Of a DNA stretch of 64,000 bases, positions 18,906-28,151 are shown one piece after another (the stretch's first letter is position 1; the number at the start of each line of letters is the position of its first letter). The DNA is taken from NCBI GenBank assembly GCA_963663865.1, contig OY760686.1:928001-992000 (forward strand), given 5' to 3'. The position numbers were made by a program, and so were the translations under genes. The notes under the pieces were generated by a model that was given only the letters and a program-made list of their open reading frames with translations, was not told the origin of the DNA and did no database searches. Source of the stretch: Spirochaetota bacterium. Lineage in GTDB: Bacteria > Spirochaetota > UBA4802 > UBA5550.

Positions 18906-19214
18906 TTATTTGGATTTAGCATCTTTTGATGAAATTCTTTTCATAAGCATATCTATCTCCTCCTGGTCGAGCCACTCGTTGACATGATTAATCGGCCTTT
19001 CAGTTACAAGGAGAAACATCTCAAGGGCCATTATCATATCTTCCTTTGTGAGTATTCCCTGAGTTACAAGTATCTCCCCAACAAGGCGGGTTGGATTGTC
19101 CTTCTGCATCTCCAGGGCATCATCAAGCTGCCTGGAGGTAATGATTCCGTTCTGAACAAGAAATTCGCCAACCTTTACGTCATTTTCAGATATGTTGATG
19201 TTTCCTGAATCCAT
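18906..19214 (-). CDS. Small MshEN/GspE-N-like domain protein
   Basis: Tandem motifs KVGEFLVQNGIITSRQLDDALEMQ and LVGEILVTQGILT. Confidence 0.65.
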   Translation of the reverse strand: MDSGNINISENDVKVGEFLVQNGIITSRQLDDALEMQKDNPTRLVGEILVTQGILTKEDMIMALEMFLLVTERPINHVNEWLDQEEIDMLMKRISSKDAKSK

Positions 19215-19307
19215 CGGACTCTCCTTCCTTCTATTATCAATATTTTACAATCTAATCATGGCATGTGTCAAGTTCAAATTTTTAGATGTTATGGGGGGAT
19301 AATGGTC

Positions 19308-20252
19308 TCAGCAGATTCCGCACGTTCCGCCGGAATGAGTGTCGGGGCCGAGCCACCTGAGAGGTTCAGTCAGGATGAGCACCTCGCTGATTCGGCAGCT
19401 GCATTCAAGCAGACCGGCGAAGCTTTCGTCACGCATGGGGCTTTTTCCGCTGAATATGATGTTTTTCAGTGAATGGAATATGTGGGGCAGGGGGGCGCCC
19501 GCCAGGTTTTCATTGCTTTTGTAATCAGCTGTGGATACAATCCTGGATATTTTGTCTGTCACAGACTTTCTGAATAACAGGTCAAGGATGAAGCTGTAGA
19601 GTTCGTCTGTGCCGAGAATGAAATTGGTGAATCTGTTCAATCCCGAAATCATTTCATTTACAAAAATACCGCTGTCCATGTCCTTGTGGGCAATAAACGG
19701 AATGCGCTTCATTGAGGGGGACGCGTGAGACATTCTTATGAAAGCGTTGAGGTCAAAGCCGGCGCCGAGGTCAGCCGCAGAGAATACAATGTCGGATCCT
19801 TCGATCTTTGAGAAAAATTCATTCGTTCCGGGGGCGGTTTCGAGCGCGTAACCGAATGATTCAAGTATAGATTCCAGTATCATGATAACATTTGGACGCG
19901 ATTCAAGCGCCAGAAAAGTTCCGTATCTTTTATTTGTGCATCTTTTTTTTTCAAGGGCTGATATATACGCCGGTATTCTTTTGCTGCATTCAAGCGGAAA
20001 GCATCGAGCTGTTCCTGCGGCAAACAGGCTTTTTTGGGCATTTTTATCTTCGGCATCTCCTACCGCTATGACGGTACATTCCCGGCCTGCATGTCTGTTA
20101 AGGCCGGCAGATTCTTTTCCGCTGTATGGAATATAGGTTATAGCATAGTCAAAGGGCCCTGAAGATTCTTCAGTAAAGAACTGAAATTCAGGGTCAGCCT
20201 TGAAAGCTGATGAGCTGAGTATTTGCTTATGCTTGATGAGAACCTTTTTCAT
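19308..20252 (-). CDS. Hypothetical protein, possibly with degenerate receiver-like domains
   Basis: Long ORF; ILESILESFGY..ETA and IPFIA resemble a REC domain without the catalytic Asp; start MKKVLIK assumed. Confidence 0.55.
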   Translation of the reverse strand: MKKVLIKHKQILSSSAFKADPEFQFFTEESSGPFDYAITYIPYSGKESAGLNRHAGRECTVIAVGDAEDKNAQKSLFAAGTARCFPLECSKRIPAYISALEKKRCTNKRYGTFLALESRPNVIMILESILESFGYALETAPGTNEFFSKIEGSDIVFSAADLGAGFDLNAFIRMSHASPSMKRIPFIAHKDMDSGIFVNEMISGLNRFTNFILGTDELYSFILDLLFRKSVTDKISRIVSTADYKSNENLAGAPLPHIFHSLKNIIFSGKSPMRDESFAGLLECSCRISEVLILTEPLRWLGPDTHSGGTCGIC

Positions 20253-20539
20253 GGTTATAATACAAGGCGGCGCTTTTAAACAGTCAATCAGAAATAGAAA
20301 ACCCAATGGAAATATATTTAGCTCTATTCTTTTTTGTGTTTGTGGTCCGGCTGAATCAACATAATTCAAGACGGAGGTTGAAGCAGGAGTGCACAAATGG
20401 GCAGAAGATAAAAATAACATTGTATATAAAAGAGTTCTTTATGCCTTGACATTTAATTTCAGTTTGACTATAATACGCTGTCATTGTTGCCGGCTAAGCT
20501 CCGGCTTATGATTACAGAATATTTACAGGAGGAAGTTCT

Positions 20540-21262
20540 ATGGCAGAACAGGTGTTCAACTTCGGCAAGTTCATTGAAGACTCTAAAGCTGTACTTCTCA
20601 AACCGAAGCAGTATTTTACATCAATGGAGAAGACAGGCGGTTTTGGTGAACCAATTATTAAGGCTCTCATTTACGGAGCAATTTCAGGCGCAATAACATG
20701 GATAGCGGTTGCTGCTGGAGCTCAGGTAACTGTAGGAGCAATGGGCGGTCTTCTGGGAAGCGCCGTTGGAATTCTCGGGTTTATTGTCAGCTTGATCGGA
20801 GCCATAATCGGCCTTTTTATCGGCGCGGTACTTGTGCTCATCGTTTCGGCAATCAGCAATGGATCGACCGATTTTGAAGCAAATACAAGGGTAGTGGCTT
20901 CAATGATGGTTCTTTCGCCAATAGGCGCCCTTCTCGGACTTCTGGGGGTTCTGAGCCTTTATCTGGGGGCTGTGATTGCATGCGCTATTTCGCTGTATGG
21001 GCTTTATCTTTTATACAACGGCGTGACTTACGCCCTTGAGGGAAAAGAAGGCACAGCCAGGGTTGTTTCGATAGTGCTGGCGATTGTTCCCGTACTCATT
21101 CTTATAAGCTCGCTTGTATGCGCTAAGGCGGTTGATTCTTCAAGCAAAATGATGCAGGAGTACATGAAGGGGAACACTCAGTCAAAGGACATTGAAGATT
21201 TCTCCAAAAGGATGGAAGAGCTTGGAAAACAGCTCGAGAAAGAGATGAAAAAGGCCGAGTAA
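20540..21262 (+). CDS. Yip1-family membrane protein
   Basis: VLLKPKQYF..M followed by about five hydrophobic helices; strong AGGAGG RBS. Confidence 0.8.
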   Translation: MAEQVFNFGKFIEDSKAVLLKPKQYFTSMEKTGGFGEPIIKALIYGAISGAITWIAVAAGAQVTVGAMGGLLGSAVGILGFIVSLIGAIIGLFIGAVLVLIVSAISNGSTDFEANTRVVASMMVLSPIGALLGLLGVLSLYLGAVIACAISLYGLYLLYNGVTYALEGKEGTARVVSIVLAIVPVLILISSLVCAKAVDSSSKMMQEYMKGNTQSKDIEDFSKRMEELGKQLEKEMKKAE

Positions 21263-21292
21263 GTTCCAGCGGGATATTCAGGCTGAATTACG

Positions 21293-21323
21293 ACCGCAGG
21301 TTGAAAGACGCCTGCGGTTTTTT
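21293..21323 (+). terminator. Intrinsic terminator
   Basis: ACCGCAGG-N10-CCTGCGGT followed by a T-tract. Confidence 0.85.
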
Positions 21324-21457
21324 ATTTTACTGAAAATGACGGGCCGGACTAATGACTTTTAAAGCCTTTCTTGATTAAAAATTGACTTTTATGCCCTTTT
21401 GTTAAACAAAGATATTATCCCGGCCGGATAAGGCTATAATCCTCGGTAGAACGAATA

Positions 21458-22189
21458 ATGAAAGATCCCTACACAATATTATCTGAAAGCTATGATTATA
21501 TCCTCAGGCATGTCGATTATCAGGGCTGGTACACTCACATAAAGGAGGTCATGCACCGCTTTGTGCAGGTACCTCATAATATCGTTGAGCTGGGCTGCGG
21601 AACCGGAAAGTTCGGCGCCAAGTTCTCCACGGACGGTTATACAATATTTGGGATCGACCGCTCTATAGACATGCTGAGAGCTGCCAGGCCGAGGGCTTTC
21701 AGAAATTTCAGGCTCATCTGTGCAGATATGTCGGATTTCAGCCTGAAAATCAAAGCGGATTTCATTTTTTCTGTTCACGATACGATGAACTATTTTCTGA
21801 AAAAACGTGATGTGCGCAGGGTCCTTAAGTGCGTAAAGGATATTATGCATGAAAAATCAGTTTTTCTTTTTGATATTACGACCGAATTTAATATCAGAAA
21901 CAACTTTGACGGCAAGATCAATGTGTATAAAACGCGCGGCCGGGTCATCGAATGGGAGAATACATATTTCCCGCGTAAACGATATGTAAAATCATCTTTA
22001 CACTTTATGGAGCCTGACGGGACATCCCACACGGAAGTACACTGGCAGAGGATATACTCCATAAAGGAAATGACCAGGATGCTGCATGCTGAGGGCTTTG
22101 AAATTCTCGGGATATACAGCGATTACAGCTTTGATCCTCCCGGCAGAGAGACAGTCATGATAAACTTTGCAGTGAGAAAAAAACGATGA
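21458..22189 (+). CDS. Class I SAM-dependent methyltransferase
   Basis: VELGCGTG, GIDRS.DML, ADM, DTMNY, FLFD. Confidence 0.9.
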   Translation: MKDPYTILSESYDYILRHVDYQGWYTHIKEVMHRFVQVPHNIVELGCGTGKFGAKFSTDGYTIFGIDRSIDMLRAARPRAFRNFRLICADMSDFSLKIKADFIFSVHDTMNYFLKKRDVRRVLKCVKDIMHEKSVFLFDITTEFNIRNNFDGKINVYKTRGRVIEWENTYFPRKRYVKSSLHFMEPDGTSHTEVHWQRIYSIKEMTRMLHAEGFEILGIYSDYSFDPPGRETVMINFAVRKKR

Positions 22190-22494
22190 GCATTGTTCTT
22201 TATTCCGCGGGGCTTATAGCGGGAGTATCAGTCTTCCTTTATATCTATTCGCTGGTTAACCGGCCGAAGGAAAAAGCTGCCAAAAAAAATAGAATTCCCG
22301 CAGGTAAAACATCAGGTGCCGGTTCAGCCGTAAAAAAACACGCGATTGCTACGATTCCGCCAGGTGAAAGGATGTGCCCCCTTTGCAGATCCACGCTTTC
22401 TAAAAGCGAGCCGCTCTATGCATCCAGAGTAGAAGAGAAGGGAGAAGGCCGCATTCTGATTCTGGGATGCAGATATTGCTATAAGGACGATTGA
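22186..22494 (+). CDS. Small membrane-anchored zinc-ribbon protein
   Basis: N-terminal TM segment; CPLC...CRYC; ATGA overlap with the upstream gene. Confidence 0.7.
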   Translation: MSIVLYSAGLIAGVSVFLYIYSLVNRPKEKAAKKNRIPAGKTSGAGSAVKKHAIATIPPGERMCPLCRSTLSKSEPLYASRVEEKGEGRILILGCRYCYKDD

Positions 22495-23186
22495 TCAGGC
22501 TGTTCTTCATCTGCCGGGCCTGATGGCGGGTATTCTCTGTCAATCCAGCCGTACTTTCCTCTGATAGACTCCACATTGCAAAATTCGTGAAATGTAAAGT
22601 TCCGCAGCGACTCTTCATCTATGGGCCTGTTAATGTAGCGTACAATCTGCTGCTGGAAGGTCGGTCCCATGGGGAACACGGCCGGGCTCCCGTTTTTCAG
22701 AAGGGCCAACAGCTTCATTGGACGCTGGCTGCATGCCGCGTGAATAATTAAGCCGTCAAATTTCCCCACTGAATCGTCGATGCCGGACGCGTCTCCTGCG
22801 AATATCCTGATATTAAAGAAGCCATTATCAACAAGGTTTTTTCTTGTTGATTTAGCAAGATTGGCGTTAAGCTCTATGGTTATGACTTCCTTTACCATTT
22901 TCGAGAGAAGAGCTGTCGAATAGCCTGAGCCGGTACCAATTTCAAGGAGTTTCCACGACTTTTTAGGCTCAAGAAGCTGTATCATTCTTGAGAGAATGAA
23001 AGGGTCATCGCTTTTCTGGCCGCATCCGATTGAGACGGGCTTGAGGCTGTATGGAGCGAAATCGATAGTCCTTGGGAAAAATTCCGCCTGGTCAATCTCT
23101 GAAAAGGCATTGATTATGTTTTTAGATATGCCGCTCTCTTTAAGATGCTTCAGAAGCGCGGGCCGTTCATTGGTATTCTTTTTCAT
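22479..23186 (-). CDS. pcm: Protein-L-isoaspartate O-methyltransferase
   Basis: LEIGTGSGY.TALL, IG.GQ, FDGLIIHAA, FPMG. Confidence 0.8.
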   Translation of the reverse strand: MKKNTNERPALLKHLKESGISKNIINAFSEIDQAEFFPRTIDFAPYSLKPVSIGCGQKSDDPFILSRMIQLLEPKKSWKLLEIGTGSGYSTALLSKMVKEVITIELNANLAKSTRKNLVDNGFFNIRIFAGDASGIDDSVGKFDGLIIHAACSQRPMKLLALLKNGSPAVFPMGPTFQQQIVRYINRPIDEESLRNFTFHEFCNVESIRGKYGWIDREYPPSGPADEEQPDQSSL

Positions 23187-23276
23187 GATCCGTTTTTTGC
23201 TGAGTTATTATTTCAGTTTCGCTTTTCCGGGAAAGCCGGGGACCCGCAAGGGCATTATCCCCCCCATTTTCAATTT

Positions 23277-24059
23277 CTACAAGTTGATAAGAGTAAGGAA
23301 ATATGTCAAAAAATAATCTGATATGAGAATCGCCATTGAGGAAAAAACAACAGCGGAAATAGTTGCGCGTCCGACTCCCTCTGCGCCTCCTCTGGTGTTG
23401 AAGCCCTGATAGCACGATATTACCGATATTATCAGGCCGAAGAAAAGCGACTTAATGAGTCCCGACATGAGGTCGGCGAGAGCAACGTACTGTATGATGT
23501 TTTCGAAGTACTTTGACGGTGTGAGGCTCAGTCCGAAATATGCTATGAAGGCTCCGCCGAGAACCCCGACCATGTCAGTCAGTACCGTCAGAAGGGGAGT
23601 CATTGTTACGCACGCAATGAAACGTGGTACGGCGAGGTACTGCACCGGATCAGCGGAGAGAGTGCGCAGCGCGTCAATCTGTTCTGTAACCTTCATGGTC
23701 CCTATCTGGGCTGCGATAGACGAGCCGACACGGCCCGCCAGGAGCAGTCCGGTCAAAACGGGGCAAAGTTCCCTGAACATTGATATTGTGACCGCGCTGC
23801 CTATGAACATGGACGATCCGCTCATAAGCGCATCCATTGCCCGGCCTATCTGGTATGCCATGACCATGCCGGTAAAGAAAAGGGTGATGGCCGTTACAGG
23901 AATCGATTTGTAACCTATTTCGAGCATCTGGCGGATTATATTCTGCGTGTCAAAGGGGCGCCTGAAAGTCCATTTCAGGGTATCTTTCAGGAAGATCAGG
24001 TGGCCGCCCAGGGCCTCCATGGCGGAGATGAAAACATTTCCCGCGGCCGCATTACTCAT
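23277..24059 (-). CDS. mlaE: MlaE-family ABC permease
   Basis: RELCPVLTGLLLAGRVGSSIAAQIGTMKVTEQIDAL, GGAEGVGRAT. Confidence 0.92.
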   Translation of the reverse strand: MSNAAAGNVFISAMEALGGHLIFLKDTLKWTFRRPFDTQNIIRQMLEIGYKSIPVTAITLFFTGMVMAYQIGRAMDALMSGSSMFIGSAVTISMFRELCPVLTGLLLAGRVGSSIAAQIGTMKVTEQIDALRTLSADPVQYLAVPRFIACVTMTPLLTVLTDMVGVLGGAFIAYFGLSLTPSKYFENIIQYVALADLMSGLIKSLFFGLIISVISCYQGFNTRGGAEGVGRATISAVVFSSMAILISDYFLTYFLTLINL

Positions 24060-25407
24060 AGACCTGCGATGCCTCTTCGTAGTACTGGTTTTTATCGAGA
24101 TTGTCGAAGCGGGTGAACTGCTCCCAGAACTTGAGGCTGATATCGCCTACAGGGCCGCTTCGCTGCTTGGCTACGATAATTTCAGCGATGCCTTTTTTCT
24201 CGCTGTCCTTTTTAACCTTTTCCTCGCGGTAGATGAACATTACGACATCTGCGTCCTGTTCGATGGCGCCTGATTCCCTCAGGTCTGAAAGAGTTGGAAT
24301 CTGCGACGTTCTCTGCTCAACGGCACGCGACAGCTGAGAGAGGGCCAGCACCGGGACTGAAAGTTCGCGCGCGAGCATCTTAAGAAAACGGGATATCTCC
24401 GATATCTGCTGCTGGCGGTCGACCCTTGAGAGGCTCGTAATAAGCTGAAGGTAGTCAATTATTATAAGCCCGAGGGGCATTTTCTGTCTGAGGCGCCTTG
24501 CCTTTGCCCTGATCTCCATTATGCTGATTGAGGGAGTGTCGTCTATAAAGATCCTGGTTTTCTTAAGGAGTTCCGCTGCCTCATGGATTTTTTTCATTTC
24601 AGCGCCGTCAATATGTCCGGTTCTGACCCTCTGCGAGTCAACCATAGCCTGGATGCACAGAAGTCTCATTCCAAGCTGGTGAGCGGGCATCTCAAGCGAG
24701 AAGAACATTACAGCCTTTTCGGGCTCCTGCTGGGCAATGTTGTTCATCATGTTCAGGGCAATCGCGGTTTTCCCCATACCCGGTCTCGCGGCAAGGATGA
24801 GAAGCTCTGATTCGTGAAATCCGGTAAGAAGCTCATCAAGGTCTCTGAATCCGGTGGGGATTCCTGTCACTATCTTCTTCGTTTCATGCCACGACCGGAT
24901 ATTGCTGAGAGTTGTTTCCATGACCGAGTCGATATCCAAATAGTCGGATATTATCCGCTTTTCGGTAACCGAAAACACCTGTTGCTCTACCTCGTCAATC
25001 AGCTCGCTCGTATTGCGGGTGGTGTCGTAGCATTTTTCTATGGACTGGGTTGAAACATGGATGAGTCTGCGTCTGAGGCTGAGCTCACGGATACGTCTCG
25101 CGTAGTGTTCCGCGTTTGCCGATGTGGAGACGGACTGGTATATCTGTACCAGCGCCGGATCTCCGCCGATTTTATCGAGGCGGTTCTGGTCTGACAGGCT
25201 CTGTTTAAGCGTTGTTAAATCGACCGGTATGCTTCTTTTTTCAAGGTCTAATATCGATTCGAATATAACTCTGTTCTTCTCAAGGTAGAAATCCTCCGGC
25301 TGGAGGATTTCTGTTACCTTGTAGAGCGCCTCGCGGCTGAGAAGCGCGGAAGCTAAACATGCTGTCTCAGTGTCTGTGTCCTGAGGTGGAAGCCTGTCAA
25401 GTGTCAT
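24052..25407 (-). CDS. dnaB: Replicative DNA helicase
   Basis: LAARPGMGKT, FSLEM, IIDYLQL, LSQLSR, DLRESGAIEQDAD. Confidence 0.98.
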   Translation of the reverse strand: MTLDRLPPQDTDTETACLASALLSREALYKVTEILQPEDFYLEKNRVIFESILDLEKRSIPVDLTTLKQSLSDQNRLDKIGGDPALVQIYQSVSTSANAEHYARRIRELSLRRRLIHVSTQSIEKCYDTTRNTSELIDEVEQQVFSVTEKRIISDYLDIDSVMETTLSNIRSWHETKKIVTGIPTGFRDLDELLTGFHESELLILAARPGMGKTAIALNMMNNIAQQEPEKAVMFFSLEMPAHQLGMRLLCIQAMVDSQRVRTGHIDGAEMKKIHEAAELLKKTRIFIDDTPSISIMEIRAKARRLRQKMPLGLIIIDYLQLITSLSRVDRQQQISEISRFLKMLARELSVPVLALSQLSRAVEQRTSQIPTLSDLRESGAIEQDADVVMFIYREEKVKKDSEKKGIAEIIVAKQRSGPVGDISLKFWEQFTRFDNLDKNQYYEEASQVYE

Positions 25408-25410
25408 TAA

Positions 25411-25854
25411 CTATTCCTTGTCTACGATAACTTTCAGTTCAGCTGTAAGTCCTTCGTCAAGTTTAACAGGAACGGTAAACTCCCCGAGTTTCTTTATCGG
25501 GGTTTCAAGGTTTATCTTTCTCTTGTCAACCTCATGTCCGAGTTCCTGAAGCTTTTTGGCTATGTCCATTGATGTAACGGAACCGAAAAGCCTGTCATCC
25601 TCTCCGACCTGTACGGTGAATTTGAGTTCAAGCGCTGATAGGGCTTCGGAGATTTTCTCGCTTACCTTCTTGCGCTTTTCTTTTTTTATTCTTATGAGCT
25701 TTTTCTGATGCTCTAAACTCTTCTGGCTGTTGGCTGTTGCCGGTAAAACCAGGTTTTTCGGAAGCAAAAAGTTCCTGGCGTATCCTTCAGCAACTTCTTT
25801 AATGTCTCCCGCGTCTCCAAGATTGGGAATATCCTTTTGAAGAACAACTTTCAT
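25411..25854 (-). CDS. rplI: 50S ribosomal protein L9
   Basis: MKVVL..D..NLG..G, GYARNFLLP, LFGSVT. Confidence 0.98.
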   Translation of the reverse strand: MKVVLQKDIPNLGDAGDIKEVAEGYARNFLLPKNLVLPATANSQKSLEHQKKLIRIKKEKRKKVSEKISEALSALELKFTVQVGEDDRLFGSVTSMDIAKKLQELGHEVDKRKINLETPIKKLGEFTVPVKLDEGLTAELKVIVDKE

Positions 25855-25893
25855 GGCAGTCTCCTTTTTTTGATTTTTCGAAATTTGCAGCGC

Positions 25894-26766
25894 TTATTGC
25901 GGCTTCTCTGTTTTTGTCAGCTTTCTGAAATCGACCCACATATCGAGGACGCCCATTCCTGTCAGAAGAATGCCCGTAAGAACAGCAGCGGGTATTCCAA
26001 GAAAGACGATGAGAAACAGTACTCCCGGAATTATGATGACCGGAAGCCCCCTGCGGGACAGAAAAAACTTTATGACGCCGAGCGCCTGTATAAAGTAAAG
26101 CATTGACGTTATCAGCAGCGCGTTAAGCGATACCGTATGCAGCACCGGATGAGAAGGCCTCCCTGTAAAAATCAGGCCAGCCACCCCGCCGATGAGCAAA
26201 AAAACTGTATAGTCGTTAAGCCTGTACTTATCAAGGCCGGACTGTGATGTCCACTCCCCGAACCTTGACAGAAAGGCCTTTGTAGCAAAAAAAGTCAGCA
26301 GAGAAAAGAAAAGCGAATAGAGAAAGGAGCTGAAGGGGACAAGGTACTTTGCCGCTTCAATCCATTCTGCAAGCATCTGCCCGCTGTTCTCAGTCTGACT
26401 CTCAGGTAAATTCCAGCTCTCTGTAATCCTTGCGAGGTCGTTGCCTGAAAGATCAAGCATATCGACCCCTCTTACGGCTTTCATGTAATAGTACTGGCCG
26501 CTGTTTAGAAAAGTAACTGCGAGAGCGGCGGCCAGTATAAAAAACTGGAACGATTTACTGTGCCTGTGGGAGAATCCCGCAAATGAACCTAAAAAAACAG
26601 GCACAAAAAAAACGAAAAGATCTCCTGCTAAATACCCGGCAAACAGCGACAAAAGCGCGGCCGGCACAAGCGCAAACAGGGATCTGAGTTTCCATCTGTA
26701 GGAAACAACTGATGATCCCAGCACCAGCACCAGAACTATTGCCGGTATCAGTACGGCTGAGATCAC
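25894..26766 (-). CDS. DUF2232/YybS-like membrane protein
   Basis: Multi-TM protein located between rpsR and rplI; GVLDMWVDFRK C-terminal motif. Confidence 0.8.
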   Translation of the reverse strand: MISAVLIPAIVLVLVLGSSVVSYRWKLRSLFALVPAALLSLFAGYLAGDLFVFFVPVFLGSFAGFSHRHSKSFQFFILAAALAVTFLNSGQYYYMKAVRGVDMLDLSGNDLARITESWNLPESQTENSGQMLAEWIEAAKYLVPFSSFLYSLFFSLLTFFATKAFLSRFGEWTSQSGLDKYRLNDYTVFLLIGGVAGLIFTGRPSHPVLHTVSLNALLITSMLYFIQALGVIKFFLSRRGLPVIIIPGVLFLIVFLGIPAAVLTGILLTGMGVLDMWVDFRKLTKTEKPQ

Positions 26767-26769
26767 AGA

Positions 26770-27150
26770 TTACTTCTCAATAAAAGGAAGCAGGGCAATT
26801 ATTCTCGCCCTTTTTATCTCACGGGCAACATCTCTCTGATGTTTTGCGCATGTTCCGGTTACACGTCTCGGCAGTATCTTGCCCCTGTCTGTGATAAAGT
26901 TTTCAAGCAGGCTGACGTTCTTGTAATCAGCTGTGAGCTTGGCATCTTCGCAGAACCTGCACACCTTTCTTCTGAACCTGGGGTTTCTCTGCTGGGAGTC
27001 CCTGTTGTCTCTGGAAGGCCTTGTAGGGGCCGATTCCCTTTTTTCGGGCTTTTCAACAGTTTCTGAAGCGCTTTCTCCTGCGGTCTCAGTTGTTTCAACC
27101 GCTTCGGGGGCTACTTCAGTTTCATTTATATCTTTAACTTCTTCAGACAT
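26770..27150 (-). CDS. rpsR: 30S ribosomal protein S18 with acidic N-terminal extension
   Basis: [29 protein letters not shown]. Confidence 0.97.
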   Translation of the reverse strand: MSEEVKDINETEVAPEAVETTETAGESASETVEKPEKRESAPTRPSRDNRDSQQRNPRFRRKVCRFCEDAKLTADYKNVSLLENFITDRGKILPRRVTGTCAKHQRDVAREIKRARIIALLPFIEK

Positions 27151-27175
27151 TTCTTTTACCTCTTACCTCTAAATA

Positions 27176-27619
27176 TTAAAATGGAATATCATCATCCGAA
27201 AACGGATTGTTGTCTATTTCGGGAGGAGCCTGCATTGAATGGTCATTAGCAGGAATGTCAATCTGAATGTCGCCCGAGGATGATTCCCTTGGCGAAAGAA
27301 ATTGAATGTTCTCAGTCACGATTTCGACAACAGATCGTTTGCCTCCGCCGTTGGGGTCATCCCATGACCTCTGCTGCAGTCTGCCTTCAACGCAGAGACG
27401 GTTGCCCTTTTTACTGAACTGCACTATGAGCTCCCCGAGTTTTCCCCAGGCGACACAGTTGAAAAAACTGGCCTGTTCTTTCTTCTCGTTGTTGACCGTG
27501 TAAGTACGGTTGGTCGCTATCGAAAAGTTAGCAACGGCGGCTCCGTTTGGAGTGTACCGCAATTCCGGATCTCTGACGAGTCTTCCGATTAAGATAACTC
27601 TGTTAAGGTCGCTGGCCAT
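27176..27619 (-). CDS. ssb: Single-stranded DNA-binding protein
   Basis: NRVILIGRLVRDPELRYT; DDDIPF C-terminus. Confidence 0.98.
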   Translation of the reverse strand: MASDLNRVILIGRLVRDPELRYTPNGAAVANFSIATNRTYTVNNEKKEQASFFNCVAWGKLGELIVQFSKKGNRLCVEGRLQQRSWDDPNGGGKRSVVEIVTENIQFLSPRESSSGDIQIDIPANDHSMQAPPEIDNNPFSDDDIPF

Positions 27620-27634
27620 GGCATTTCTCCCTTT

Positions 27635-27919
27635 TTAGGCGGTTGCCGGTCTGGTTTTAACGAACATGTATCTAAGGATGTCCGGTATCAGCCTGAACTC
27701 GGCAATGATCTTATCTACATTTTCTGGTAAAGCTTCGATGAGAGCAAAGAAGTAATATCCTTCCTTTTCATCATCGATTTCATAGGCGAGGCGTTTTGTC
27801 CCCCATGGGGCCTCTTCTGAAATGGTGACTTCGAATTTGGTGAGAATCTCTTTAACCTTTTCTTTCAGAGACTCAGAATTCGCAGTCCGTAGAATAACGG
27901 TGAGTTCGTAATTATTCAC
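27635..27919 (-). CDS. rpsF: 30S ribosomal protein S6
   Basis: YEL.VIL, WG.KRLAYEI, ILRYM; GTG start with AGGAGG. Confidence 0.96.
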   Translation of the reverse strand: MNNYELTVILRTANSESLKEKVKEILTKFEVTISEEAPWGTKRLAYEIDDEKEGYYFFALIEALPENVDKIIAEFRLIPDILRYMFVKTRPATA

Positions 27920-28151
27920 GATGTCCTCCTTTCTATGGAATTTACTGCTGCCTGTGATAAGACAGCAGAAAGGTATGTCAATACTTCAGTATGGCGCTGT
28001 TTTTTCAACAATATTTCTTAGTGCTGTTCATTTAAATCCGGTCAGACAGGTGAAAAGCGGTTTGACAAACCCTTGACGATTGAAGATTATCACCTTCAGC
28101 GGTGTCGAAGGGTTTCTTTTGTGCCGTGTTTAAATAACAACGGAGATATAT

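Noticed and set aside
27920-27975. S6:S18 ribosomal leader RNA upstream of rpsF
   Set aside because: A CTGCTG/CAGCAG hairpin is present, but I could not confirm the conserved motif by eye
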